The notes below the pieces were generated by a model. It searched no databases. It saw nothing but the letters and a program-made list of their open reading frames with translations, and was not told the DNA's origin. 64,000 nt of DNA from Carpediemonas membranifera BICM (Eukaryota; Protista; Fornicata): contig JAHDYR010000067.1 of the NCBI GenBank assembly GCA_019828565.1, positions 1-64,000 on the forward strand, written 5' to 3'. Both the position numbers and the translations under genes were made by a program. Shown one piece after another: positions 55,224 through 64,000 of the stretch; the stretch's first letter is position 1; the number at the start of each line of letters is the position of its first letter.

Positions 55224-56146
55224 CTAGAGAGCGGCGTCCAGTCCAGCCTCCTGAGCCAGGACAGCGAGGGCCCCGGAGTCGTCGTCGGAGAAGAATTCGT
55301 GGGCCGGAGACGTGGGAATCGGCAGTGATTCATCTGCGGTATCTGACTTTTTTGACTCTGGCTCTGGTTCAAGTTCAGAATCGGGCTCGGGCAGGGAATA
55401 TGTCCTCTTGGCCGCCCGAGGCAGCTGTTCCCTCCTCGGGAGTGGCTGGTCTTCCTCTGTTGCTGCCTGTCTCGGCAGTCGCCTGTTGGGCCTGGCTCCG
55501 AGTCTACGGCGAGATGGAAGGAGATCCTCCTCAAGCTCCTCGGGGGTGCGGTGGTGTACCCTTTTCAGGTGTTTTCTGAGGTCTCCGGGCTGCGCTGTGC
55601 CGTATCCACAATGTTCGATCGGGCACGGCGTCTTTTGCCGGGAGTGGTGCACTCGCTTGTGGATACCGAGATCTGCATACGGCCGGCGACAGGCGTGGCA
55701 CCAGAACCTCTTCATGAGCTCCGGATTGCCCTTAACGCGCTCGGGGTGTTGGCTTGCGACGTGCTTCTCGAGCTTCTCGAAGGGCCTGTCGCACTCGTCA
55801 CACCAGTAGGTCTCATATCCCTCGTATCTACACAGCTCGGTGTGCATGTTGATCATGTGGCGGGTGATGCCGGTCTTGTGCATAGCAGCGTACCTGGGTA
55901 AGACGGGATTCGGACAACGAACTGGCACTCGGTACACACGCACTTAGGATGCTGTGAACGCATGTGGTTGGTCATTTCAGCTTGTGTCCGAAAGCCTCTG
56001 CCACAACGGTCTGCCTTACAGGGCTGAAGACTGTGGTCGTTCTCAATGTGGGAGTGCAGCTGTCCAAGCGACGAAAAACGAAGCCCACAGACATCTCCTC
56101 TCTCTATAACGCACTTGCATGAACGGTAAGATCGTGCATTCGTCAT
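55224..56146 (-). CDS. C2H2 zinc-finger protein (about 6 fingers); intron 55894-55922
   Basis: A 29-nt GTTCGT...CCAG intron joins CTEC|QYAAMHKTGITRHMINMH. Other fingers include CKADRC..H..H, CDEC, CHAC and CPIEHC. Confidence 0.8.
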
Positions 56147-57489
56147 TGTGACGAGATTGGTGCGTCGGCAAGGAGAACTGTCGCCTCATCATCTGATTCG
56201 CCCAGGCTGTCGATGGAATCCCCAGTCACTCAGGTGTAGTAGTCGCTCAGTACTTGATCCAACCCTGGTGTAGCTCCCTCTAACACTCAGTATGAAAGGA
56301 TCATCGGATGGTCGGCATGAGTGGAGTCGAGACGCGGCTGGGTCAGACGAAGAGTTCAGCCACCCTTAGCATTTTCATGCCTAATGGCGTCCCGGTGTTG
56401 CATCCAGATGCCCCGAGCTGGAGTGAATCCGACTTAATTGTGTCGCCTCTGGGCTGCCTTCAGATTGTCGAACCCATGTGATACCATCACAGGGCGTCTC
56501 ACAATCATGCTTCACTTGTCAACTTCGTTTGTTTCGTGAGCACGTCCCCTCGGCAGAAAAAAATGTGCAGCATTTTTTTGTTGAAAAAAAACGGACGAAT
56601 GTAGGCACTGTTACTACAGTGTTGCTCTCGATGAAATGGCGGCCGTTTCGACCTACTCAGCGGTGTTGTCTCCAGTCGATTGCTATAGATGCGCTACAGG
56701 ATGCTTCTCGGATGTTCTCCCGTCGAGATTGTGCCCTAATGGCGCGAAACTTGCCTTATCTAACAATATCATAGCCTATGAGTGTCCAAACGGACTATAT
56801 AAACGTAACTGAATCTCATTGATTGACCTCTGAGATCTGATCTGCTTCTATTGCAGCGACAGAAACCAAACGAGAATCATGCCAGACCACGCATGCTCAC
56901 AGCTGAGCAAAGCACTCTCAGTCAGTTACCCTTGCCATATAGCCTCAGACGCGGATCGATGAGGTTGCACAAGACGTAACCTTCAATTCATCACCCTGGT
57001 CAAACACCCGACCAACAAAGCAAGCTGAATACGGAAGGCACTAGCACAGGTAGCATAGCCAGTACGTCAGACCTGAGATGGCCGGTGTCACAGGAACACG
57101 TTATATATCCATCACCCAGACCCTTGGTCTCGTCTTGATTGTTCAACCTCGCCGAGGTCCAACCAATCAACAGCGCTCCAGGGTCTGTTACTCCCGTCTC
57201 GCACCAACACACACTTACTCCCACGACATCTTGCCATTTATCACCGCGCCCGGCAATCTGTTCAAGTCGATGAGGGTTTGAAGGGGGTCAGTCGCCCCCT
57301 TGGAGGCGTTGTAGACCCGGCAGTTACCCTAAGCGAGTGTGACGGCGATGTCGAATTGAGCCGGTGGATGTCCCAGCGACTCAGCGACTAGGGCAGATAG
57401 CGCGAAGTCACAGGTGTTGCGCAGTATAAACACATTGTTCGACCCTTCAATAGCACAAATGGAACGGCACAAAACTGCTACCTGTCACG

Positions 57490-58330
57490 ATGAAACGACA
57501 AAAAAGGACAAACATCGAACAGAAGGCGATGGGCAATGATGAATCATTTGCAAAGTTTATCCGAAGTGACGATAGGCAGTTCAGCTTCAAGGATGGCAAG
57601 CTGCTTCACCATGGCACGGGCGAGCAGTACAAGTGGACGACAGAGACCGAGTACGCCAAGATTTCGGAGTATGTGTCCAACTTCACGATCGATCAGATGT
57701 GCTCCTTGGGTATGGTAGAAAAGAGTTGTGGGTGACGGCACAAGATCAGCCTGTACCGTGCTTGTCTCGTCCATGTACACGACCGCTACATTCAGCAGGG
57801 TGCTCATTCTCCATCAAGGAACTGGGCGCGTCACCCTCGGGCAATGGGCGCGTTCTCTTATCGTCAAACGCTCCATGAATGACGGTTCCATGCTGCCCAT
57901 CGTGCGTTGGGCGCATGAGCGTGGCATACCCGTCATTGTGCCGAACCCGAACGCCACCTCGCACCCGCATCACCACACCGCGCAGTATTGGACCGAGCTC
58001 ATCGAGCCGCTCGACCCGGAGATCACAGTCGACATCATCGCCCATAGCTACGGCGGCGTCTGCATGCTGCGCGCGGCCAAGGAGGTCCCGGGCTTCACTG
58101 ACCGCGTGAACCGCCTCATGCTGACCGACTCGGTCCATGGCCCCATTCCGTCGTCCCTCGCCGGGTTCTATCAGAAACGCGTGACACACTGGAAGTGCAG
58201 CAATAAGCCGCTCGACACGCCGCTGACGTCTTCTGACCCGTGTACGACGCTGAGCGCGGGGACGGCCGAGCATGTCTGGTCGACCCCTCGCGCCACACCA
58301 AGCATCCTGAAGATCTTGGAGGCTAAGTGA
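57490..58330 (+). CDS. Arb2/FAM172A-like alpha/beta-hydrolase-fold protein; apparent 1-bp frameshift near 57720
   Basis: LILHQGTGRV..GQWARSLI, GSMLP.V.WA, VIVPNPN, IIAHSYGG, LTDSVH, SAGT.EH. The upstream ORF 57490-57735 supplies FSFKDGKL...TGE. Confidence 0.8.
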
Positions 58331-58461
58331 TCAGATGCCGTAAGAGCACCATAGGGCTGATGGCGATGCTGGCCATGTCTCTATGGTGGAAGACAACAGA
58401 CAGGCGGGGATTCTTGAGTAAAGTCAGATTAGACACGACCAAGGTGGAATCAGAAATCATC

Positions 58462-59685
58462 ATGGCCGGCACATCGGCATCATTTGAAACGCCCACTGAT
58501 GACAAGAAGGTAGTTCTTGGTACTCCTCTCGACATGGCGCTCTCTTGCATCCTCCATCAGTCACATCAGCGCCAGTGCATCCTGGTCTCGCCAATTCTTG
58601 GGACTGGCCAGCTCCCCACGCCTCAGATCTCTAGAATGGCTGTCTATCTGGATGATACGCAAAAGCCATGCTTCGTCGGGACCGTAGGGGGCGGGAACAT
58701 GGAGGGTCAATGCCGCGATCACGCCGTCTGCATGCTGAGGACGCCGTCCATGCCTTCTGTAGCTAGCATCGCCTTCACTGTGCATGATGACTGCTCCAAC
58801 GACTTCATTGGTAGCACCAGGTTCTTGTTCGAGCGGGCCGACAGTCACGACGACGCTCTCGAGGCCATCATGGCGATACGATCCCGTCCCTTCACGGTTG
58901 GTGTGGAGATCGTCAAGGTAGGGCCATACAGCGACCCTACAGCCCGATGCCAGCGGATGGTGCTGGCCGTTGACCCTCGGACCGACAAACTTGAGTCGAT
59001 CAGCGGGTGTGTTGACACGGACGACGAAACCAGGGCCTCACTGCAGGCTAGGGCACTGGCATTATCCCGTGGCGTGCACATGGAGCTTACAACCCTCCGA
59101 ACTGACCCAGCAGAGTGGTTCTTGTACACCATCGCACCCCGCCCCTCGCTGTTCGTATTCGGGGCGGGGCACGTGGGTCAGGAGGTTGTCTACTCAATGG
59201 CACGATCGGGGTTTGTCATCCATATCATCGATGATCGACAGGACATCATGGATGCTGCCGATCTTCCGACGAACACGATCAAGCACGTAGTCAGCTTCGA
59301 CCCAGCGTCTCCAGTACCGTTCTTTGGCACCAAGACGCTTGAGCTAGAGGCATCCGACCCAGTTCGGGCATTTGTTGTCATTATGTCTCGAGGCCACTCC
59401 GCAGATGTCGATATCCTGCACCATATATCGACCCACATGACTCCGAGATATGTGGGGATGATGGCGTCAAAGGGAAAGGCAGCCAGGGCGGTGGAGAAGC
59501 TGCGCTCACGTGGTGTCGGGCAAGAGTGGATTGATTCGATCAAATGCCCCATCGGGCTCCCCCTAGGAGGGGACACCCCTGGGGAGATCGCCATCAGCAT
59601 CGCTGCTCAGCTCGTACTTGAGTGGCGGGGTGGGCGGAAGCACTTTGCGGACCAGGGGGCTCTGTACGATGTTATCCACGGGTGA
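58462..59685 (+). CDS. xdhC: XdhC/CoxI-family molybdo-hydroxylase maturation factor
   Basis: GTVGGGNMEG, LFVFGAGHVG, IIDDR, VIMSRGHSAD, YVGMMASKGK, PIGLPLGGDTPGEIAISIAAQLV. Start uncertain. Confidence 0.9.
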   Translation: MAGTSASFETPTDDKKVVLGTPLDMALSCILHQSHQRQCILVSPILGTGQLPTPQISRMAVYLDDTQKPCFVGTVGGGNMEGQCRDHAVCMLRTPSMPSVASIAFTVHDDCSNDFIGSTRFLFERADSHDDALEAIMAIRSRPFTVGVEIVKVGPYSDPTARCQRMVLAVDPRTDKLESISGCVDTDDETRASLQARALALSRGVHMELTTLRTDPAEWFLYTIAPRPSLFVFGAGHVGQEVVYSMARSGFVIHIIDDRQDIMDAADLPTNTIKHVVSFDPASPVPFFGTKTLELEASDPVRAFVVIMSRGHSADVDILHHISTHMTPRYVGMMASKGKAARAVEKLRSRGVGQEWIDSIKCPIGLPLGGDTPGEIAISIAAQLVLEWRGGRKHFADQGALYDVIHG

Positions 59686-59821
59686 TCCGCCTGGGGCTTG
59701 TAAATGGCCGGGCTGGTCTCCTGTAGACGGGGGGCACGGGGTCCTTGTCCTGCCATGCAGTGAAGCTGATGTCGAGTCAAGTTGAAGTCGGCGAAAAATC
59801 GCCAAGAAATTCTAGAAGAGG

Positions 59822-60466
59822 ATGGAAGGATCCAAGGGGGTAACAAAGGCGCCTGGACTGAAGGAAGCTTTTGGACACGTTGAGTTCATCAGACCGGTCG
59901 GTCGTTGTTCTTTGCGGTGCACTGAATGCAAGCACCGCATCCTCATTAATATGGACAGGCCATTGAGCTGTTACAGCTTGCACCAGAAGACGTTTCTGGA
60001 CATTCACATGATATTGATATCGTCTTCAGACGCTAGGTCTCGTTTCTGCACCGCCACACACCGGCCTGGCCACTTACTGTGCCAGTCGTGCTGCAGCGGG
60101 GCGTGCTGCAATGTGAAGACGCCCCAAGCTCTGCCAGACCTCTCTTTACGTGCGAATACCGGTTCTGCTGCCTTCAACTTCGACGCGCCCCGGTCGACCC
60201 AGCGTACCCCGGCCATCGTTGACATGCCGACAGAACTCGTCAGTCCCACTCAGTCATCGGGTCGCATCAGTCCCCAGTCACAGTGCTCGTCGTCTATTGT
60301 CCCTAGGAGTGACGGTGGGGCCGAGCTCACGTTGACGAGCAGAGACGTCGATGGGGTCATCAGGACGACGACCATGGTCCTCAAGAGCATCAAGCGGAGC
60401 CCACCGCCAAGCCAGAGTGTAGAGGGGGAGAACGCTACGCCAGTGCAGGTTTATCGGAGGCGGTGA
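59822..60466 (+). CDS. Hypothetical Cys/His-rich protein
   Basis: 214-aa ATG-initiated ORF filling the intergenic gap; CTEC and CQSC pairs. Confidence 0.45.
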   Translation: MEGSKGVTKAPGLKEAFGHVEFIRPVGRCSLRCTECKHRILINMDRPLSCYSLHQKTFLDIHMILISSSDARSRFCTATHRPGHLLCQSCCSGACCNVKTPQALPDLSLRANTGSAAFNFDAPRSTQRTPAIVDMPTELVSPTQSSGRISPQSQCSSSIVPRSDGGAELTLTSRDVDGVIRTTTMVLKSIKRSPPPSQSVEGENATPVQVYRRR

Positions 60467-60599
60467 GACAACCAATCATCGGTCATGATCCCAGTTGGGC
60501 CGGCCTGGCAGGGGTCGGGGTCTAGCGGGATAGCAGGTCCACGTTTATAGCCATTTTATCATCTAATAATTAAAAGTACGACTTATGTTTTATTGCTTT

Positions 60600-60978
60600 T
60601 ATCGACTTCGGCCTATTCAACCAAGCAGAGCCCGCTTGTCGAGAAATGGCTGCGTCTGATTCTGCTCTCCCACTCATATATCTCATTAACATTCCTTGAG
60701 AGTCGTCTAACAATCATCGGGGCTGAGTGAGTCTGATTCGTCGCAAAAAGCTGAACATTGTCCCATAGGCTGTATTTCCCTGATTACTTACAATATGCAG
60801 GAAGTCTTCTTTTTTACATGGTATACATGACCATTGATAACATGTATCAACGTTTTTTCGTGGCATTCTTTTTTTCAGCTCCTTTTTTTGCAACTTCCGT
60901 CGATAGGAACCGTCTGGTATGTTATCACCTGTTGCTCCACAGCTCCACTGGTTGCATTACAAGCCATATCTATGGTAG
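60600..60978 (+). CDS. Possible small spliced membrane protein; 5' end unresolved
   Basis: Candidate introns GTGAGT...CATAG (about 60727-60768) and GTATGT...CACAG (about 60917-60940) keep one hydrophobic frame, ...IGAE|LYFPDYL...RNRL|LHWLHYKPYLW*. Confidence 0.25.
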
Positions 60979-61040
60979 TACTCCCCAATTTCTTCTTTTG
61001 AGCCTGAGCAGCATTGCCCTTCATCACTAACACAGAAATC

Positions 61041-61598
61041 ATGGACTCTTCTCTCACCGTCAAGATCCCCGAGGGTGTTCGCGTCGAATGCGGCCGCCGC
61101 GTCGTTCGTGTTGCCGGTCCCCGCGGCCAAATCGTCAAGAGCTTCAAGCACGCCAACGTTGAGCTCAAGTCCAAGGCGGACGCCATCGTCGTCACCACCT
61201 GGTTCAACAACAACGCCCAGCTTGCCCTCCTCCGCACTGTGGCCTCCCACATCCAGAACATGATCACTGGTGTCACCAAGGGCTACCGCTACAAGCTCCG
61301 CTGCGCCGCTGCTCATTTCAACATCGTCTCCACCATCAACGAGAAGGAGCGCACTGTTGAGCTTCGCCATTTCCTTGGTGAGAAGATGGTCCGCGTTGTC
61401 AAGCTCCAGGACGGCGTCACTGCCACCCGTGACCCCAACTCCAAGGACGGTATCGTCCTCGAGGGCAACGACATCGCCGCCGTCTCCCAGACCGCTGCTT
61501 CCATCCAGCAGTGCACTCGCGTCCGCAACAAGGATCTCCGTAAGTTCCTTGATGGTGCCTACGTCCAGGAGCGTGGCCCCATCCCCGACGAGGAGTAA
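61041..61598 (+). CDS. RPL9: 60S ribosomal protein L9 (uL6)
   Basis: GPRG, LRTVASHIQNMITGVTKGYRYKL, HFLGEK, LEGNDI..VSQTAASIQQ, VRNKDLRKFLDG.YV; strong codon bias. CTAAC-ACAG just upstream may mark a short first exon further 5'. Confidence 0.95.
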   Translation: MDSSLTVKIPEGVRVECGRRVVRVAGPRGQIVKSFKHANVELKSKADAIVVTTWFNNNAQLALLRTVASHIQNMITGVTKGYRYKLRCAAAHFNIVSTINEKERTVELRHFLGEKMVRVVKLQDGVTATRDPNSKDGIVLEGNDIAAVSQTAASIQQCTRVRNKDLRKFLDGAYVQERGPIPDEE

Positions 61599-62370
61599 TC
61601 GCCATGAAGATAGACATTGATAAATAGCAGCTTAATGACCCGATGGCTACTTGCGTGGCATCAGCTTGCCGTTGGCCATTGTTTGAATTGGGTTTGATCG
61701 AGCGTCTAGACCCGCTGACCCAAGGAAACACATATCGATTAGATAACGCTCTACATGGACATCAACGCGGTTATTAAGATAACTGTCATCCACGACCTCA
61801 CTTTCTCTGAGGTGGTGTTAAGCGCCAATTCTGACATCATAGCTGTGACGAACCAAACGGAGAGGAAGCATTTAATGTTGTAGCGAGTGTCGAAAGGAGA
61901 AACTGATGAAGCCATCTCCGTATCCTCGGTAATAGACTGTCAAGTCACCATCAGGCGGATCGTAAGGGCACAGAGTTGGTGTCAAGATAAATAATTGTGA
62001 CATGATTGAAAAGATCATGACGATAGATCACACCAAGGGCGGTCTCTTCAATTGGCTCATTCTGGGGAAGCAAGTTGACTGTGAATTATGCGGCAACCCG
62101 ATCGATTTCCCAGAAATAGTATCGACAGAATTATATAAACGATCTCGAACACACAAAAACTGTAGCTGCGTCCATAATTGTCCATAAGAACTGTAATCTG
62201 AGCCCAAGCAGTCAATGTTAAATACAGGCTAGACGCTCTTCATATCTTACTCATGGCAGGAGATTACATCATTAAAATTCGATGGTTACTTATGTTGAGT
62301 CTGCTCCTCTTAACACACCACTTATAGCTGACTTTACAACGGATAAACACGGATAAACTATTTCAAACTC

Positions 62371-64000
62371 TCAAAACACAGTGACAGTCGGCTTGACTGC
62401 AACGCTGGCGTCACCACTCATGAGCAAACTACCCCTCGACGGCTGGCACCGCATGATTGGGAGACTTATCACACCCGGTCTCCTTGGAGTCAACCGCAGT
62501 GTGACGTCCCGTGGGCCATCATAAAGGACACGGGTGAGACCGGCCACGATCCACTCGGCGGTGTCCCAGTGGGTCTCGACAGTCAGCGGGGACGGGGCTG
62601 AGCCGCTAAGATGCACTGTCATTGAGAAGGGAACGTCGGCAATAGCCTCGTCAACTGCAATAGCGCGTGTCGCCTGAAGCACAACCGGGCCCGGCAAGGG
62701 GATTCGGAGAGGAACAGTGGTCTCGAGGGGCGCCACGGGCATCCTTAGCAGGGTGGGGGACCGCGTCATAGCGAGATGCAGTTTAGCGTCGAGCACCGCA
62801 CCACTGGCCGACGTCCAAGCGGGCAGCGAGAGGACCTTACCGGGGGAGAGAAGCTCGTCCGTGACCTCAGCCGCAGGAATGATGCTTGTCTCATCCAGAC
62901 GTGCGGAGAGTTTCAGTGGCAATGCCATGATGGGGGTGATACGGACCTGAGCCAACACCCTCCCGTCAGGGCCTCTGGTGGCGGTGGGCTCAATGTCGAT
63001 GAGGGAATCTAGGTCGAGCAGGATTACGTTTGACCGGACGTGACTATCGAACTGCTCCCCAGTATCCTTAATATAGGCCATGTGGATGTCGATGGCGTGT
63101 CGTCCAGCAGGGCCTATGATGGGGAAAGCAACCTGTACCTCGACGTGACTCTTGATGGAGACCAGCTCGACGTCTAGTCCATTAGCAGACGGTACGGCAG
63201 TCAGCTCCTGCACATTGTCCCCAATAGCGTCGGTGTGGCTGTACAGTGGCGCCTGTGATGCCGCGGAGATGTCGGTTGTGATGGTGAGTGTCGCACCAGC
63301 AATACCGTCGATGTCGGTGGCCACGAGAATGGCCGCGTAGTTGACGACGTTAGCGACTAAGGCTTCATCTGCGGCCATAGCAAGCTTCACATTGGGTACG
63401 GAGGGTTCGATTCTCAGGAAATGCGCAGGTTTGGGCTTATACGATACGAACAGCAGCGAGAGGTTGTTGATAGCAACAAGCACCTTCTGGATGAAATAAA
63501 CGCCTGTCCTGCTTGTTCGCCGTCCAATGACGTTAATCGAGTCGACCTCGTTCGACAACTCCACGCCCCTCCTGCTGAACGTCAGGGACGGAGACCCCGC
63601 TATCCTAGTGTGCTCCACAGGGTCGACCGGCACTAGCACGACAGAGACAGCAGTGGCGGGCAGAGGGTGGTCCAGCAGATAGTTCACTTTGACTTTGATG
63701 GTGGCGGGCTGACCCGTCATGACAGTTTTAGTCAAAGGGGTTGCTGAGAGATGGATGAGAGGGCCAGACACCTGACGTAGGAGGGGCTGCATCAGCTGCT
63801 GTGAGGATTGAATGATCTCGGATATCAGTGATTCAGAGTCAAGATCTGTCTTTGCTCCAAAAGATTCGAATACATCATGAGATTGACCTCTAGTGGCAGG
63901 ATCCGATGCTAGTATCTCTAGACACAGTGCTATATACTCACTATGGTGTCCCAGAGCCTTCTGACACTTGGCAAGGGCGCCACGGACACTGTTGCCAATG
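62371..64000 (-). CDS. TRAPPC10: TRAPP II subunit TRAPPC10/Trs130-like, 3' part
   Basis: Frame stays open from 63792 to the window edge (LAKCQKALG...EY). Beta-rich C-terminus with WIVAG..R and L.LTP.RPG.ISLP. Confidence 0.6.
   Translation of the reverse strand, partial: IGNSVRGALAKCQKALGHHSEYIALCLEILASDPATRGQSHDVFESFGAKTDLDSESLISEIIQSSQQLMQPLLRQVSGPLIHLSATPLTKTVMTGQPATIKVKVNYLLDHPLPATAVSVVLVPVDPVEHTRIAGSPSLTFSRRGVELSNEVDSINVIGRRTSRTGVYFIQKVLVAINNLSLLFVSYKPKPAHFLRIEPSVPNVKLAMAADEALVANVVNYAAILVATDIDGIAGATLTITTDISAASQAPLYSHTDAIGDNVQELTAVPSANGLDVELVSIKSHVEVQVAFPIIGPAGRHAIDIHMAYIKDTGEQFDSHVRSNVILLDLDSLIDIEPTATRGPDGRVLAQVRITPIMALPLKLSARLDETSIIPAAEVTDELLSPGKVLSLPAWTSASGAVLDAKLHLAMTRSPTLLRMPVAPLETTVPLRIPLPGPVVLQATRAIAVDEAIADVPFSMTVHLSGSAPSPLTVETHWDTAEWIVAGLTRVLYDGPRDVTLRLTPRRPGVISLPIMRCQPSRGSLLMSGDASVAVKPTVTVF

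Noticed and set aside
57281-57301. AAGGGGG...CCCCCTT hairpin in the 56.5-57.4 kb gap
   Set aside because: An isolated 7-bp stem with no tRNA or snoRNA features; I could not build a convincing gene model for this gap.
1-64000. rRNA, tRNA, bacterial operons or contamination
   Set aside because: None recognised by eye. The bacterial-type genes are embedded among intron-containing eukaryotic genes, and one carries an intron itself.

Overview
This is eukaryotic DNA, not prokaryotic. It is a gene-dense, GC-rich, flagellated protist genome with very short GT-AG introns (28-32 nt; six resolved base by base). It resembles a free-living anaerobic metamonad such as Carpediemonas, which is an inference from style only. 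Host genes include a WKF protein, CDIN1 nuclease, a giant coiled-coil protein ending in a MAP65/Ase1-like domain, katanin p80, an ATM-like PIKK, a CTDSP phosphatase, an androglobin-like calpain-domain protein, an axonemal dynein heavy chain, xanthine dehydrogenase, MORN1, GPAT3/4, a C2H2 zinc-finger protein, Arb2/FAM172A, XdhC, RPL9 and TRAPPC10. The main find is a Fanzor1 (eukaryotic TnpB-like RNA-guided nuclease) locus at 2175-4605 on the minus strand. Its coding sequence is split across frames but keeps the RuvC D-E-D triad and the zinc finger, and it is followed directly by a strongly base-paired putative omega-RNA. The last 35 nt of that RNA recur as an isolated direct repeat upstream of the gene, with a different flanking sequence. 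Two further features stand out. A 1.1-kb non-coding element with TG...CA ends occurs three times in the same orientation, once fused to an internally deleted topoisomerase II fragment. A possible bacteria-derived anaerobic purine-catabolism set is also present (XDH, XdhC and an intron-bearing PLP enzyme). Several single-base frameshifts in otherwise intact genes suggest assembly errors, so pseudogene calls are provisional. All family assignments come from recalled motifs; no database search was run.
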